From positions 93,053 through 133,248 of the forward strand of contig JAWCLR010000001.1 in assembly GCA_038850615.1 (NCBI GenBank): a DNA stretch of 40,196 nucleotides. The letters are read 5' to 3'. The DNA comes from Candidatus Woesearchaeota archaeon. Its GTDB lineage: Archaea > Nanobdellota > Nanobdellia > Woesearchaeales > ARS49. Position numbers and translations under genes: made by a program. Positions 27,430 to 37,299 of the stretch are shown one piece after another. Positions within the stretch are counted from its first letter, which is position 1. The number at the start of each line of letters is the position of its first letter. Under the pieces are notes generated by a model. It had not been told where the DNA came from, made no database searches, and saw nothing but the letters and a program-made list of their open reading frames with translations.

Positions 27430-29226
27430 ATGCAACGAACAGCAATAATACTAAGCATTCTCTTAGTTATTCTTAGCTGGCCTGTTTTTGCAATGCCTTT
27501 TGAAGTGCAACTTGTTGAGATGTACAGGACGACGGGCGGTGGCTGTTGCCCTTCGGGCAATGTTTTCTTCCGGATTAACAAGACTTTTGACAAGGTTGTT
27601 TTTTCACCTGTCATTGCGCATCACCACAATTGCGGCAATGTCCTTAGATTTATGCTCTTTCAGGGCAACACGCAGATTTACAGCACTTCTTGGGAGAAAT
27701 GCTCAACTTCAGAAAGTGGTGTTGTGTATGAACGCGACCTAGGAAGCGCTGTTGCAGAAAACTTCACTTATTCAGGATACCTTGGCAGCCACAGCAGTGG
27801 TTTTACCTTTCTGGAAGCAAGGATGGCCCCTTATGAAATTTGGGGCAGTGTTGAACGAAATGCTGACCCTGTTTCCCTTGGTACAATAAGCTCCTTGATT
27901 AATGTTTCCCCCTCATCAAACCTTTTCAGGATTTATTCAGGGATGCCTGGAGTGATTGCGTGGATTGAGAACGCAGAGACTGACGATTGGGATTACAAGC
28001 GCAATGAAACCCAAAAGCCTGATGATGAGCTTTTTGTCTGTGCCGACACGAACAGCAACCAAGTCTGCGATGTCAATGAGGGCGCCTACAGAGATTGCGA
28101 TGAAAAGGATGGCGACTGGTACAACGGCTATTGCTGTGGCATTAACTTCACAAGCTGCCAGTTTGTTGGCAAGATTCCATATAACACGAGTTACGTATGC
28201 ACTAAATGGGGTGTTCGGGGCTGTTCAGGATACCAGACTGTCATCAATAACATCACAATCAATGCAATCTGCGGTAAGAACATGAATGGCAAGTGGCAGT
28301 GGGTGCCGATGGCAGAGCTTGGCGAGATTCACGAAATGAGCTGTCCTGACGGTTCTGTTGTTTCAGACGGCAGTGCGTTTTTCAGCTGTGGCGGTCAGCT
28401 TGAGGGAGTAACCCAACCCTTAGGTGATTTCAAAACAGTCAGTTTCGGCAAGGTTTCGCATGAGTATTCCTGCGTCGACAAGGTTGTTTATGAGTGCGGT
28501 GGCAGGTCAGGGCCTTTCTCCTCACGTAATGGCATTGCGATGGGAAGGATAAACCCTTCTTTGGAGGATACTTATTATTGCGCTTCTGACGGCGACTGGA
28601 CAAAAGACCTCGACTCAAAGGACGAAATGAGCTGCACTGCTGCGGGCTACAGCTGGACAGGCACTTATTGTTGCAGTGAGGACGATGACATCAATGAATA
28701 CTACAACGACCCGGCTTATCCGAATGGGCTTGGCGGGTGCTGGAACAAGATCTTCATTCCGACAGGAGACTTTGTGCCTTACCTTCCCATCGGCGCTGAC
28801 CGCGTGATAAACTATAAGGGCCGGTTTTTTGGTTGCCGTATCCCTGCCTCCAGCCCGATTCTTCAGCTCAAGGATGTTTTCAGGCAGCCGCCGCATAACT
28901 TGCTTGTGAACAACAGCGTGACTCCCTGCGGTGCAGTCCTCACTAACATCCACGAAAGCACAAAGCCGCATGCCGTGTGTCAGCCGGACGGCAAGTGGGA
29001 ATTCACGAGCGAGCTTGCAGGAATGATTAACAAGAGCATAAAATGGCCTGTGCGTGCCGGCATGAAAGGCATATCTGTTACAGGTTGCTGTGCTTATGAC
29101 CAGTGCTGGAACGGCACTGCTTGCCAGCAGCTAAATTCATACTACAGGATTGGCGAGGAGGGCTTTGTCTGCAAAATGCCGAAAGAGAACGTTATTGTGA
29201 CTGGCCCGTCGCCAAAAACAGACTAA
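27430..29226 (+). CDS. Large secreted Cys-rich protein
   Basis: Signal peptide ending VFA; repeated W.G..CC motifs (WYNGYCCG, WTGTYCCSEDD, GCCAYDQCWNG); many N-x-S/T sequons. Confidence 0.85.
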   Translation: MQRTAIILSILLVILSWPVFAMPFEVQLVEMYRTTGGGCCPSGNVFFRINKTFDKVVFSPVIAHHHNCGNVLRFMLFQGNTQIYSTSWEKCSTSESGVVYERDLGSAVAENFTYSGYLGSHSSGFTFLEARMAPYEIWGSVERNADPVSLGTISSLINVSPSSNLFRIYSGMPGVIAWIENAETDDWDYKRNETQKPDDELFVCADTNSNQVCDVNEGAYRDCDEKDGDWYNGYCCGINFTSCQFVGKIPYNTSYVCTKWGVRGCSGYQTVINNITINAICGKNMNGKWQWVPMAELGEIHEMSCPDGSVVSDGSAFFSCGGQLEGVTQPLGDFKTVSFGKVSHEYSCVDKVVYECGGRSGPFSSRNGIAMGRINPSLEDTYYCASDGDWTKDLDSKDEMSCTAAGYSWTGTYCCSEDDDINEYYNDPAYPNGLGGCWNKIFIPTGDFVPYLPIGADRVINYKGRFFGCRIPASSPILQLKDVFRQPPHNLLVNNSVTPCGAVLTNIHESTKPHAVCQPDGKWEFTSELAGMINKSIKWPVRAGMKGISVTGCCAYDQCWNGTACQQLNSYYRIGEEGFVCKMPKENVIVTGPSPKTD

Positions 29227-29238
29227 AAAGGGGGAGTA

Positions 29239-30399
29239 ATGAAAACAAAACTGGCTTTGCTGATCGTTGCAGCGGCATTTTTGCCCGCAGTCCTTGCCGA
29301 CATTGGCGCAGACTGGCAGAAGGTCTCAGTAAGCTTTTCTTGGGACTTATCAATGGGCGGGCCCTGTGCCAACGAAACACAGTGCCTCCTGCACGTTCTT
29401 GGAAATGAAAGCTATGACGGCGATATTTCGCGGTGGTTTACAATTGACAATGAAAGGCTTTGGCCAAGGTGTGTTAACAATACCCAAAGCATTCTTGACT
29501 ATGTTTGTGAGAACGGAAACTGGACAACCCGCACAAAGCGGCTTGCATTCCAGCTCGCGCAGGAAACATCTCCGGATAACTACACTTTATTCTGCGATTC
29601 GTACGCGAGCGTGCTTAACAAGTATGATTACTTGGTGAAAAATGTCCTTGTAGAGGAATATCTTGGCAACACATGCAATATGGCTGGAAAGCAAGTGCCT
29701 TGCATTAACAGCATTTGCGTCCTCAAAACGCCCGCGACAATTGCTGTTGGCACAACCCTTAACGTGCCTGTCAACCACACCACGCGCTCATTCCTACTTG
29801 CACTTAACAAGAATTCAGACCTGTGTAGAAATGTCAATCCCGCAGCAACCGGCTTCGTCTCATGCGGCTCTGATGTCTGGTACAGTCCGTCGCTTAATGC
29901 GGTCGTTTACCTTCCAAATGGTTACCTTTCATTGCCGACAGCAGGCATTTCTGAAAAAATCTCAGGTCCTATGAACAATATGAGCTATTACGTAATGCAG
30001 ATACTGCATAAGCCTGGAAATCCTGGAATGAACTTTCTTTATTTCCCAAGGACGCGCCTCTTTAATCATATTTATTTTGCGCAGAACGGCAATAGGGCCG
30101 TGTTCGGCTTCCTTGAAAAAAACCTGAAGCCGGAATACACGATTCTGCCTTACAACGAATCAAGCCCCGTGCCAATTGACTACATCGGTGTGAGGTATTC
30201 AAACATCAACCTGGGCAAAGACCCTTGCCTTAACCTTGTCAAGGTGTATGACACGCGGGCATTCTGCGAAAACCAGACGGGCAGCGGCTTCAACATCATT
30301 GCAAGGCACAGGTGCGAGCCGGGATACGAGGGCGACTGCCTGGAAGCAAGCCCTATTGTTAAAGCATGGCCTGCCCTGACAGGAAAATTGAGACCATGA
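29239..30399 (+). CDS. Secreted Cys-containing hypothetical protein
   Basis: Signal peptide ending VLA; GGGGAG SD; DYVCENGNWTTRTK. Confidence 0.85.
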   Translation: MKTKLALLIVAAAFLPAVLADIGADWQKVSVSFSWDLSMGGPCANETQCLLHVLGNESYDGDISRWFTIDNERLWPRCVNNTQSILDYVCENGNWTTRTKRLAFQLAQETSPDNYTLFCDSYASVLNKYDYLVKNVLVEEYLGNTCNMAGKQVPCINSICVLKTPATIAVGTTLNVPVNHTTRSFLLALNKNSDLCRNVNPAATGFVSCGSDVWYSPSLNAVVYLPNGYLSLPTAGISEKISGPMNNMSYYVMQILHKPGNPGMNFLYFPRTRLFNHIYFAQNGNRAVFGFLEKNLKPEYTILPYNESSPVPIDYIGVRYSNINLGKDPCLNLVKVYDTRAFCENQTGSGFNIIARHRCEPGYEGDCLEASPIVKAWPALTGKLRP

Positions 30400-31697
30400 A
30401 AAAAGCACAACTTACGCTTACGATAATAATGGGCGTCATCCTACTGTTAGCCGCAGTAACGGTGATATGGCTTGGCACCCAGACTGCAACACTGCAGACA
30501 GAACCAGAGGCAGGAGAGCAAAGGCTAAGGCAGGTTGCTGTGCAGCCAGTAAGGGAATACATCCAGTCCTGCCTTGACATAACCACAATGGCAGGTCTTG
30601 AGCTTCTTGGAAAGCAGGGAGGGGTTTTGTACAAGATGCAGGGTGGCCTTACTCCTGATGTCCAGCCCATGGAGGAAGGCTCAAGGTATGTGGAATACGA
30701 AGGAATAAACGTGAGCTACGTTATTACTAGGCCCGTCCAGGACATTGGCACGCTTTATTACGCAGAGCCTGACGAGTATCCTTTCCCCTCATTCCCTTAT
30801 GTGTTCAACCAGACAACAGGGTCTGTCATAAAGGAGTTTTACGGCGGATACTATGGCAAATCGCTTCTTCCGCCATTGTTCAAGCCGGGTAAAGACTCAA
30901 TCCAGGAACAACTCGAATCGTATATTCGCTTTAATCTGCCAAAATGCACTGACTGGAAAACTTTTGCAGCGCAGGGGCTTTCAATCACTGCAGGCAGGCC
31001 AGATGTCAGCGTAATGATTGCAGAAAACATCACACAGATTGAAGCAGAGCAGTTCCTCACCGTGCTTGTCAAATGGCAAGTGAACATCACAGACCTTACT
31101 ACAAACAGAAACACAACCCTTGACCAGTTTTCGCTTAGTTACCCTGTCCACCTCGCAAAATTTTATCTTTTCGTGCAAGGCATTGTGCTTGGCGAAATCA
31201 GTGATGCAACCTTTGACCCTCGTAATGTCAGCACAACCGCAACGCCTGTGACTATCATAAAAAATGTTTACAAAAACAGCTTTGACCAAGGCACTGATGA
31301 CATAATTCTTGTCAGAGATGAGGAGTCAAGGTTGCGAGGCAAGCCCTTGGAATTCTGGATACTTAGGGCAAACAGGTATCCTGCTCTTGTGTGGATTAAC
31401 CAGACAGAACTTGATAGGCATGAATTCTATTCGCTTGGCACTTGCAAGCAGAAGCCTTCCATATTTCTGGCAGGCGATTTGCTTGAAATAAAATTCCCTG
31501 ATATATGGACTGCAAGGCTTAGGGCTGTTGATCCGGACGAGGACATTGTCGCTTTCAGGACAGAGCCTGCCTCTCCAGGACAGATCACCATGCCGCCGCC
31601 AGGAGAACCTTTCAGGATGCGTGTTTACGCTTCAGACGGTGGCAAGACAGAGGACTATCAGGTTTTGAAGCTCCGCGTTACGGGGTGTCCAGACTGA
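30396..31697 (+). CDS. Large class III signal peptide (pilin-like) protein with C-terminal cadherin/Ig-like motif
   Basis: MKKA/QLTLTIIMGVILLLA; YIQSCL...GKQGG; NRYP..., AVDPDED, ASDG. Confidence 0.85.
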   Translation: MKKAQLTLTIIMGVILLLAAVTVIWLGTQTATLQTEPEAGEQRLRQVAVQPVREYIQSCLDITTMAGLELLGKQGGVLYKMQGGLTPDVQPMEEGSRYVEYEGINVSYVITRPVQDIGTLYYAEPDEYPFPSFPYVFNQTTGSVIKEFYGGYYGKSLLPPLFKPGKDSIQEQLESYIRFNLPKCTDWKTFAAQGLSITAGRPDVSVMIAENITQIEAEQFLTVLVKWQVNITDLTTNRNTTLDQFSLSYPVHLAKFYLFVQGIVLGEISDATFDPRNVSTTATPVTIIKNVYKNSFDQGTDDIILVRDEESRLRGKPLEFWILRANRYPALVWINQTELDRHEFYSLGTCKQKPSIFLAGDLLEIKFPDIWTARLRAVDPDEDIVAFRTEPASPGQITMPPPGEPFRMRVYASDGGKTEDYQVLKLRVTGCPD

Positions 31698-34600
31698 TGA
31701 AAAAAATTTTATTTATTGCGGCGCTGATTGCGTTGTTGTACCCAGTGGCATTCGTGGCTGCTCAGCCAGGGTGCTGTTGCGACCCGATTGTTTTCAATGG
31801 CTCGCTTGTTTTTGACCGCGCTGACTGTGACGAGACATACTGGAAATTCACTTCTGAGCTTCCTGTTCTTGGAGAAAAATGTGATGATGTATGCGAGGCG
31901 GTATTCGCCCCTCCGATTTTCATTCCACAACCTGTCAGTTGCAACTCGCCTGATTACAAGCCAGCGCCACAAAATCTTGCGGTCCTTCCCGTCAAGGGCA
32001 AAAAGCATCTTAGAATAACATACTCGCTGCCCTGCCCTGCAGAAACATATTACGTGAACATTTCGCGGTGCAAGGGCGATGATTGCGACGATTTTACCCA
32101 TATCGCGCAGGCCACGCCTTCAGGATTTTACACAGACATTTCACCCGATCTTGAATGGAATAGCGACTACACTTACAAGCTAGTCTCGGCGTCAAGGGTT
32201 TCAGGAGCTTCAGAACCCGCTATTGCATCAGGCAGGCTTAATGACATTGAATGCTGGCACAAGGGGTATGAGCAGTTCTGCATTGGCGATTACTATTATG
32301 ACCTCTTTGAGCAATACCTGAAAACATACGGCTATGCAGGCATTACTCCTGCTGCTTTTGACGCTGATTTTTCCTCAGCAGTAATTGCGGCATTCCACGA
32401 AAAGTTCAATAGGGGGTGGGCGTGCGATGAGGCAAACACGCTTTACCAGAAGGCTCCCGCTGTCAATTGCAAGGCAGGCGAGCAGTGTGTTCTTGACGAG
32501 GATGGTATAATGTGCATAAGCCAAACCGCATGTGATAGGGGTGGGATGTTCGGTATTTATTCAACGCTTGAAAGCTGTGAGGGAAACGGAGAAAAATACT
32601 GCTTTTATGACCGCTCGCACAGCTCGATTGACGAATGCTATGCGTGCAACCCGAGAATGGCGTGCGCTGATTACAGGACAAAGGGCGCTTGCGAGAGGGA
32701 CAACTGCCATGCCGGAGTTTGCGAATGGCACGATGTGATTCCAAGCATTGGAATAGGTGTGTGCGTTGACAAAAGGTTTGCAAACTGTGCATGGTGCAAG
32801 GCAAAAGGCACACCAGGGTTCGAGAACAATGACGCTTATAATGATGTGTTTGACCAGTGCACTGCTGAAAAGTCAAAAGCACTGGCTGTTCCTGAATTTT
32901 TATGCATTTATGACAAGAACGCGCAGGAAAGCAACTCGTGCGATGCCGCAGCATGTATGGATTACAATGAAACCCAATGCGGCTCTCCTGCAGGCGGAAT
33001 CAAGCTCAATCCTGACAACTCAATTGCAGTGCCAAGCACAGACCCGTGCAACATAAAGGTCTGCCAGAACATTGCCGGAGCAGGATGCGTGAAAAACCAC
33101 GACGCAAACAGCATTCCTGACTGCGCATTAAAGGTGGCTGCTCCTGAAAGAAGGCAGTGCGAGCTTGATTATTTCCCGCCAAACACAACCCTGGTGCCGA
33201 CAACATTCCGGCCTAACAGAATTGACTGGCTTGCAGTCAAGATGCTTGACAGGCTGAATGCAACCGATGATGGTACGTTTATGGAAGGCAAACCTGGCTA
33301 CCGCCTGCGCGTGTGTGTTGTCGGAAGGGAAAACCCCTGCGCAAGCCCTTCTGATTTTGCCTCAACAAATTATTCAATGCTTAACTTCAATGACGTTTAT
33401 TTGCAAGGTGGTAGAGAAGTCCTTGCAACGATGAGGGTTGGAGAGAACACTTTGCGGTATTATGGTGTTGACCGCGCAAACAACCCTGAGATTATCAAGG
33501 AGATGGCGGTAGTTGCGTGCGACAAATGTCAAGGTCCGAAAGTGCTTGAAGTGACGGTTTCGCCAGGCAAACTTGTTAATGGCAAGTATTACACAACTGC
33601 AGACACCCCAATAATCACTGTGTCGTTCAACGAGCCCGCAACCCTGACTTCTGCAGCACTCTTGCTTGGCAATAAGGTCATGCCGGTTACTGCAAGCCCG
33701 TCAAGTGGCGCTAATTATGAGTACACATTCATCCCGCTCAGGCCGTTGCTTGACGGCGAATACACATTCACCTTCAACGCCAAGGACAACAATGGCATCT
33801 TTATGGATGATACAGGCAGCGTTTCAGTAATTGTCGACACCACCCCTGGCGACATAACAATCATTCCTGAAGACGGCGCAGTCATTGGCGTTGGTTCTGT
33901 TGACATCACAATCCGGTTCAATGAGCCATTAACCCTTCTCGCGGCAACACTCGAGAACGAAGTATGGGCATCAAAATATGCGGCAAAAAAAGTCACGACG
34001 AATTTGATGCCCCTTCTTGCAGCATCCGACGACGGCATGACTTACAGTGCGACTGTTGCGGGGCTTTCAGGCGGGAAGAAGAACATCAAGGTCCGGGCAG
34101 AGGACCTTGCCGGCAATCCTGCAATTGGCAGGTCAAGCTTCTGGGTTGACCTAGGACCAATGATGATGCGGCTCAAAGAACCAAGTTGGGGGGTCAGCGC
34201 CTCGTACGTGTTTGACATCGTTGTTGAGACCTCGCGCACAGCGGTGTGCAAGTATTCCTATGACTTGCCAGCGCCTCCTTCAGAGACCGCATTTGAGGAA
34301 TTCCTGTGGTCATTCCCAGAGGAAACCGCAGTAACACACAAAATCCCTGATTTTGACAGAATTGCAATCGGCGACCTGAAGACGCACAAGCTTTACGTCT
34401 ACTGCAAAGCAGGAAGCGATATCACAATGGAATCGTTTGAGCTGCGCGTTGACCCGACTCCTCCTGTAATCAAGTCTGCATATGCCTATCCTGACGTTAT
34501 CATAGAGCGACGCTTGCCAGGACAGGATATTTTCACTACGTCACTCAAAGTGCAGACAGACGATGATGGGTTCTGTAAGTATAGCACAGAGAACGTTCCT

Positions 34601-36775
34601 TTTGTGCTAATGGATGGAGTCTTCCCTGGCTTTGATGAAATCCCAAAGAAGTCGCATAATGCTGAAATCAACGTGACACAGGACGCAACAGAATACACGT
34701 ACTATGTTGCATGCAAGAACATTGCCGAAATGCCCTCGGCAACCGTCCCTGTAAGGTTCAGCGTTGACCTCAGCGTGCCTTTTGCTGCAACAAGCAACAC
34801 TCCGCCTTACTCAAACACCACTGAATTTGTGCTGCGCGTTGAGACAAACAAGCGTTCATTCTGCTACGTGAGCGAGACGATTGATGCAGAGCCTGTCCTG
34901 ATGGGTGGGTTCGGCTATGCCCATACTGCACCTGCAAATGTAACCGGTCCTGGCAAGTACAAGTGGTTTGTGAAGTGCAGCACGGGTGCGGGCAATGAGA
35001 TTGCAACCCTTGAGATTCCTGTTGTTGTTGACACGACCCCGCCTGAAATGTTGTTTGTTGATGACAGCTCAAACCTGCCAAATGAGCCGGAGTTCTCTTA
35101 TTTCCCTGACCAGCTCCGGCTTAATTTTCTTGGCGAGGACAACGAAACAAACATAAGCGCGTACTATTACAGATTGCTTACGTACCACGCCAACACTACA
35201 GTGCTCAACTGGACATTGAGCACAAACCTCAATGCGACCCCGTTCTATGTCACAGGGCTTAGCTTGGTGGATGGCAACAAGTACCGGTTTGAGGTCTATC
35301 CTGTTAACATTGTCGGTTTGCATGGCAACGCAATGGCAAGCAATGGAGTCACAATTGACTTTGAAAAGGCGCCGGCAATTTGCGAAAACGGCGTCAAAGA
35401 CGCCAATGAGACAGACATTGACTGCGGAGGCCAGTGCCCTGGTTGTATTGACGGCGCAGCATGCAGTGCAAACACGGACTGCCAGTCTGGATACTGCAAC
35501 AATGGGATATGTGCCCTTGCTGCCTGCGATGACGGCGTCAAGAATGCAAACGAAACAGACATTGACTGCGGCGGAGGGGTTTGTTTGCCTTGCGGAATGA
35601 ACAAGACTTGCATCCAAAATTCTGATTGCGCAAGCGGCAGTTGCAATTTTGGGTTGTGCACTAATCCTGACCCATGCGCTGATGGAATCCTTTCAGGCAC
35701 AGAGAGTGATGTTGACTGCGGAGGCTCGTGTCCGACAAAGTGCGGAGATGGCAAAAACTGCCTGTCCACGCTTGACTGCTCTGTTGGCCTTATGTGCATT
35801 GAGAGCACCTGCCAGCCCGAGCGCGACTCTGACAAGGACCTCGTGCCTGATGACAGGGACAAGTGCCCGAACACCCCGCAAGATGAGGTTACTGACGAGA
35901 ACGGCTGCTCACCTTCCCAAAGGTTCAGCTGCGGCGACGAGATTTCTGACGGCTGGCGCATAAGGCACTTTGGCAGCGTGCTGTGCATAGACAACGGCGC
36001 CCCTCACGCAGATCCTGACAAGGATCTGCTTACAAACCTTGAGGAATACCGGTATGGTACAAGTCCGACAAATTCCGATACGGATTATGACACGTGGAAT
36101 GACAAAATTGAGATTGAAAAGGGCACAAACCCCCTTGACGCATCATCGCACCCGCCAAGCAAGCTTAGGATGCTGCTCTGGGTGCTCCTCGTGCTCCTTA
36201 TCATTGGTGCAATAGGAATTGGTGGCTACATCGGCTACAAGTATTATCTTGAAATACGCACACACGCAGCGCCGCCACCACTTCCCACCAAGCCTTTGCC
36301 CAAGGCGCCCGTGAAAAAAATAAAGCCAGTGCCCCCTGTGATTGACAAGTTGCGTAGGATTGCCCGCAAGGAAGAGCCTGGTGTGACAGACCGCGAATGG
36401 GTTTCAATGGCCGAGCTTGCAGAGCGGCTCAAAAAGGAAAAAGTGCCTATGCCAGAGGACGTCTTTGACAGGCTTAAGGACTTACTAAGCGGCAGGATTC
36501 CAAGGAGAGAAGCCCCCAGCGTTCTTGCTGCAATACAAAAAGAGCCAGAGGCATTCAGGCTTTTGAGGAGAATTTCGTTTGAAAGGCTTACCCCTGCAGA
36601 AAAAGCGCTTGTCAAAAAGCGTCTCGCATTCCTGAAGGCAGGCAAAATTACCCCTGCAGAACTTGAAGAAATTCTTGCAAAGCTGCGCATCACTGCAGCG
36701 TATTACAAGACACACAAAAAGGAGCTTGAACGCGAACTCGCAGAATGGCTCAATGAAAGGAGGAAGAAAAAATGA
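31697..36775 (+). CDS. Giant (1692 aa) single-pass Cys-rich surface protein / adhesin
   Basis: Signal peptide; Cys-rich head; several Ig/FN3-like modules joined by VDxTPP; three C..G.....E(T/S)D(I/V)DCGG.C repeats; TSP3-like Asp-rich repeats; TM at ~36166-36245; Pro-rich then basic helical tail. Confidence 0.9.
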   Translation: MKKILFIAALIALLYPVAFVAAQPGCCCDPIVFNGSLVFDRADCDETYWKFTSELPVLGEKCDDVCEAVFAPPIFIPQPVSCNSPDYKPAPQNLAVLPVKGKKHLRITYSLPCPAETYYVNISRCKGDDCDDFTHIAQATPSGFYTDISPDLEWNSDYTYKLVSASRVSGASEPAIASGRLNDIECWHKGYEQFCIGDYYYDLFEQYLKTYGYAGITPAAFDADFSSAVIAAFHEKFNRGWACDEANTLYQKAPAVNCKAGEQCVLDEDGIMCISQTACDRGGMFGIYSTLESCEGNGEKYCFYDRSHSSIDECYACNPRMACADYRTKGACERDNCHAGVCEWHDVIPSIGIGVCVDKRFANCAWCKAKGTPGFENNDAYNDVFDQCTAEKSKALAVPEFLCIYDKNAQESNSCDAAACMDYNETQCGSPAGGIKLNPDNSIAVPSTDPCNIKVCQNIAGAGCVKNHDANSIPDCALKVAAPERRQCELDYFPPNTTLVPTTFRPNRIDWLAVKMLDRLNATDDGTFMEGKPGYRLRVCVVGRENPCASPSDFASTNYSMLNFNDVYLQGGREVLATMRVGENTLRYYGVDRANNPEIIKEMAVVACDKCQGPKVLEVTVSPGKLVNGKYYTTADTPIITVSFNEPATLTSAALLLGNKVMPVTASPSSGANYEYTFIPLRPLLDGEYTFTFNAKDNNGIFMDDTGSVSVIVDTTPGDITIIPEDGAVIGVGSVDITIRFNEPLTLLAATLENEVWASKYAAKKVTTNLMPLLAASDDGMTYSATVAGLSGGKKNIKVRAEDLAGNPAIGRSSFWVDLGPMMMRLKEPSWGVSASYVFDIVVETSRTAVCKYSYDLPAPPSETAFEEFLWSFPEETAVTHKIPDFDRIAIGDLKTHKLYVYCKAGSDITMESFELRVDPTPPVIKSAYAYPDVIIERRLPGQDIFTTSLKVQTDDDGFCKYSTENVPFVLMDGVFPGFDEIPKKSHNAEINVTQDATEYTYYVACKNIAEMPSATVPVRFSVDLSVPFAATSNTPPYSNTTEFVLRVETNKRSFCYVSETIDAEPVLMGGFGYAHTAPANVTGPGKYKWFVKCSTGAGNEIATLEIPVVVDTTPPEMLFVDDSSNLPNEPEFSYFPDQLRLNFLGEDNETNISAYYYRLLTYHANTTVLNWTLSTNLNATPFYVTGLSLVDGNKYRFEVYPVNIVGLHGNAMASNGVTIDFEKAPAICENGVKDANETDIDCGGQCPGCIDGAACSANTDCQSGYCNNGICALAACDDGVKNANETDIDCGGGVCLPCGMNKTCIQNSDCASGSCNFGLCTNPDPCADGILSGTESDVDCGGSCPTKCGDGKNCLSTLDCSVGLMCIESTCQPERDSDKDLVPDDRDKCPNTPQDEVTDENGCSPSQRFSCGDEISDGWRIRHFGSVLCIDNGAPHADPDKDLLTNLEEYRYGTSPTNSDTDYDTWNDKIEIEKGTNPLDASSHPPSKLRMLLWVLLVLLIIGAIGIGGYIGYKYYLEIRTHAAPPPLPTKPLPKAPVKKIKPVPPVIDKLRRIARKEEPGVTDREWVSMAELAERLKKEKVPMPEDVFDRLKDLLSGRIPRREAPSVLAAIQKEPEAFRLLRRISFERLTPAEKALVKKRLAFLKAGKITPAELEEILAKLRITAAYYKTHKKELERELAEWLNERRKKK
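35381..35815 (+). repeat. Three tandem Cys-rich coding repeats (units start 35381, 35525, 35675)
   Basis: ACAGACATTGACTGCGG identical in units 1 and 2; spacing 144 and 150 nt. Confidence 0.85.
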
Positions 36776-37299
36776 ATGGACGTGCACAGGTAATCGGCCA
36801 AGTTTTCGTGTTCATAATAGCAGCTATCGTTTTTGTCCTCATTCTCGGATACGGCTACAAGGCAATAGTGAACTTTATGGAGCGCGGCGAAGAGGTCCAG
36901 ATGATTGACTTCAAGAACGAGCTCAGCTCTGCAATAACAATAATCAAGCGCGATTATGGTAGCGTCCAACGCGTTGACCTGCGAGTCCCTTCAAGAACTG
37001 AAGAGGTGTGCTTTGTCACAACAGACCCTGCAGACGTGCGCGCGCCGGGGTGGGAGGAAGAACTGAAAAAAGACAGGCCGCTTATTTATTCCGCATGGGT
37101 TACAGGAAAAGAGAACGTGTTTCTTATTCCAAAACAACCCGCGCCTCTGCGCATTGACGACCTTGTTGTTGAGCCGGAAACAACAGGATATTTATGCATG
37201 CCTGTCGTGAACAACAAAGTCAGCATTCGTGTTGAAGGCACGGGAAACAGGGCAAAAATAGGCAGGTGGCCTCAGGCAAATGAGCAAACAGGGAATTGA
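36772..37299 (+). CDS. Class III signal peptide (pilin-like) protein
   Basis: MNGRA/QVIGQVFVFIIAAIVFVLILGYGY; two Cys in the C-domain. Confidence 0.85.
   Translation: MNGRAQVIGQVFVFIIAAIVFVLILGYGYKAIVNFMERGEEVQMIDFKNELSSAITIIKRDYGSVQRVDLRVPSRTEEVCFVTTDPADVRAPGWEEELKKDRPLIYSAWVTGKENVFLIPKQPAPLRIDDLVVEPETTGYLCMPVVNNKVSIRVEGTGNRAKIGRWPQANEQTGN

Noticed and set aside
35381-35815. CRISPR array or DGR template/variable repeat pair
   Set aside because: In-frame protein repeats with mostly synonymous divergence; no adenine-specific pattern noticed, no spacers, no RT or cas genes in the window.
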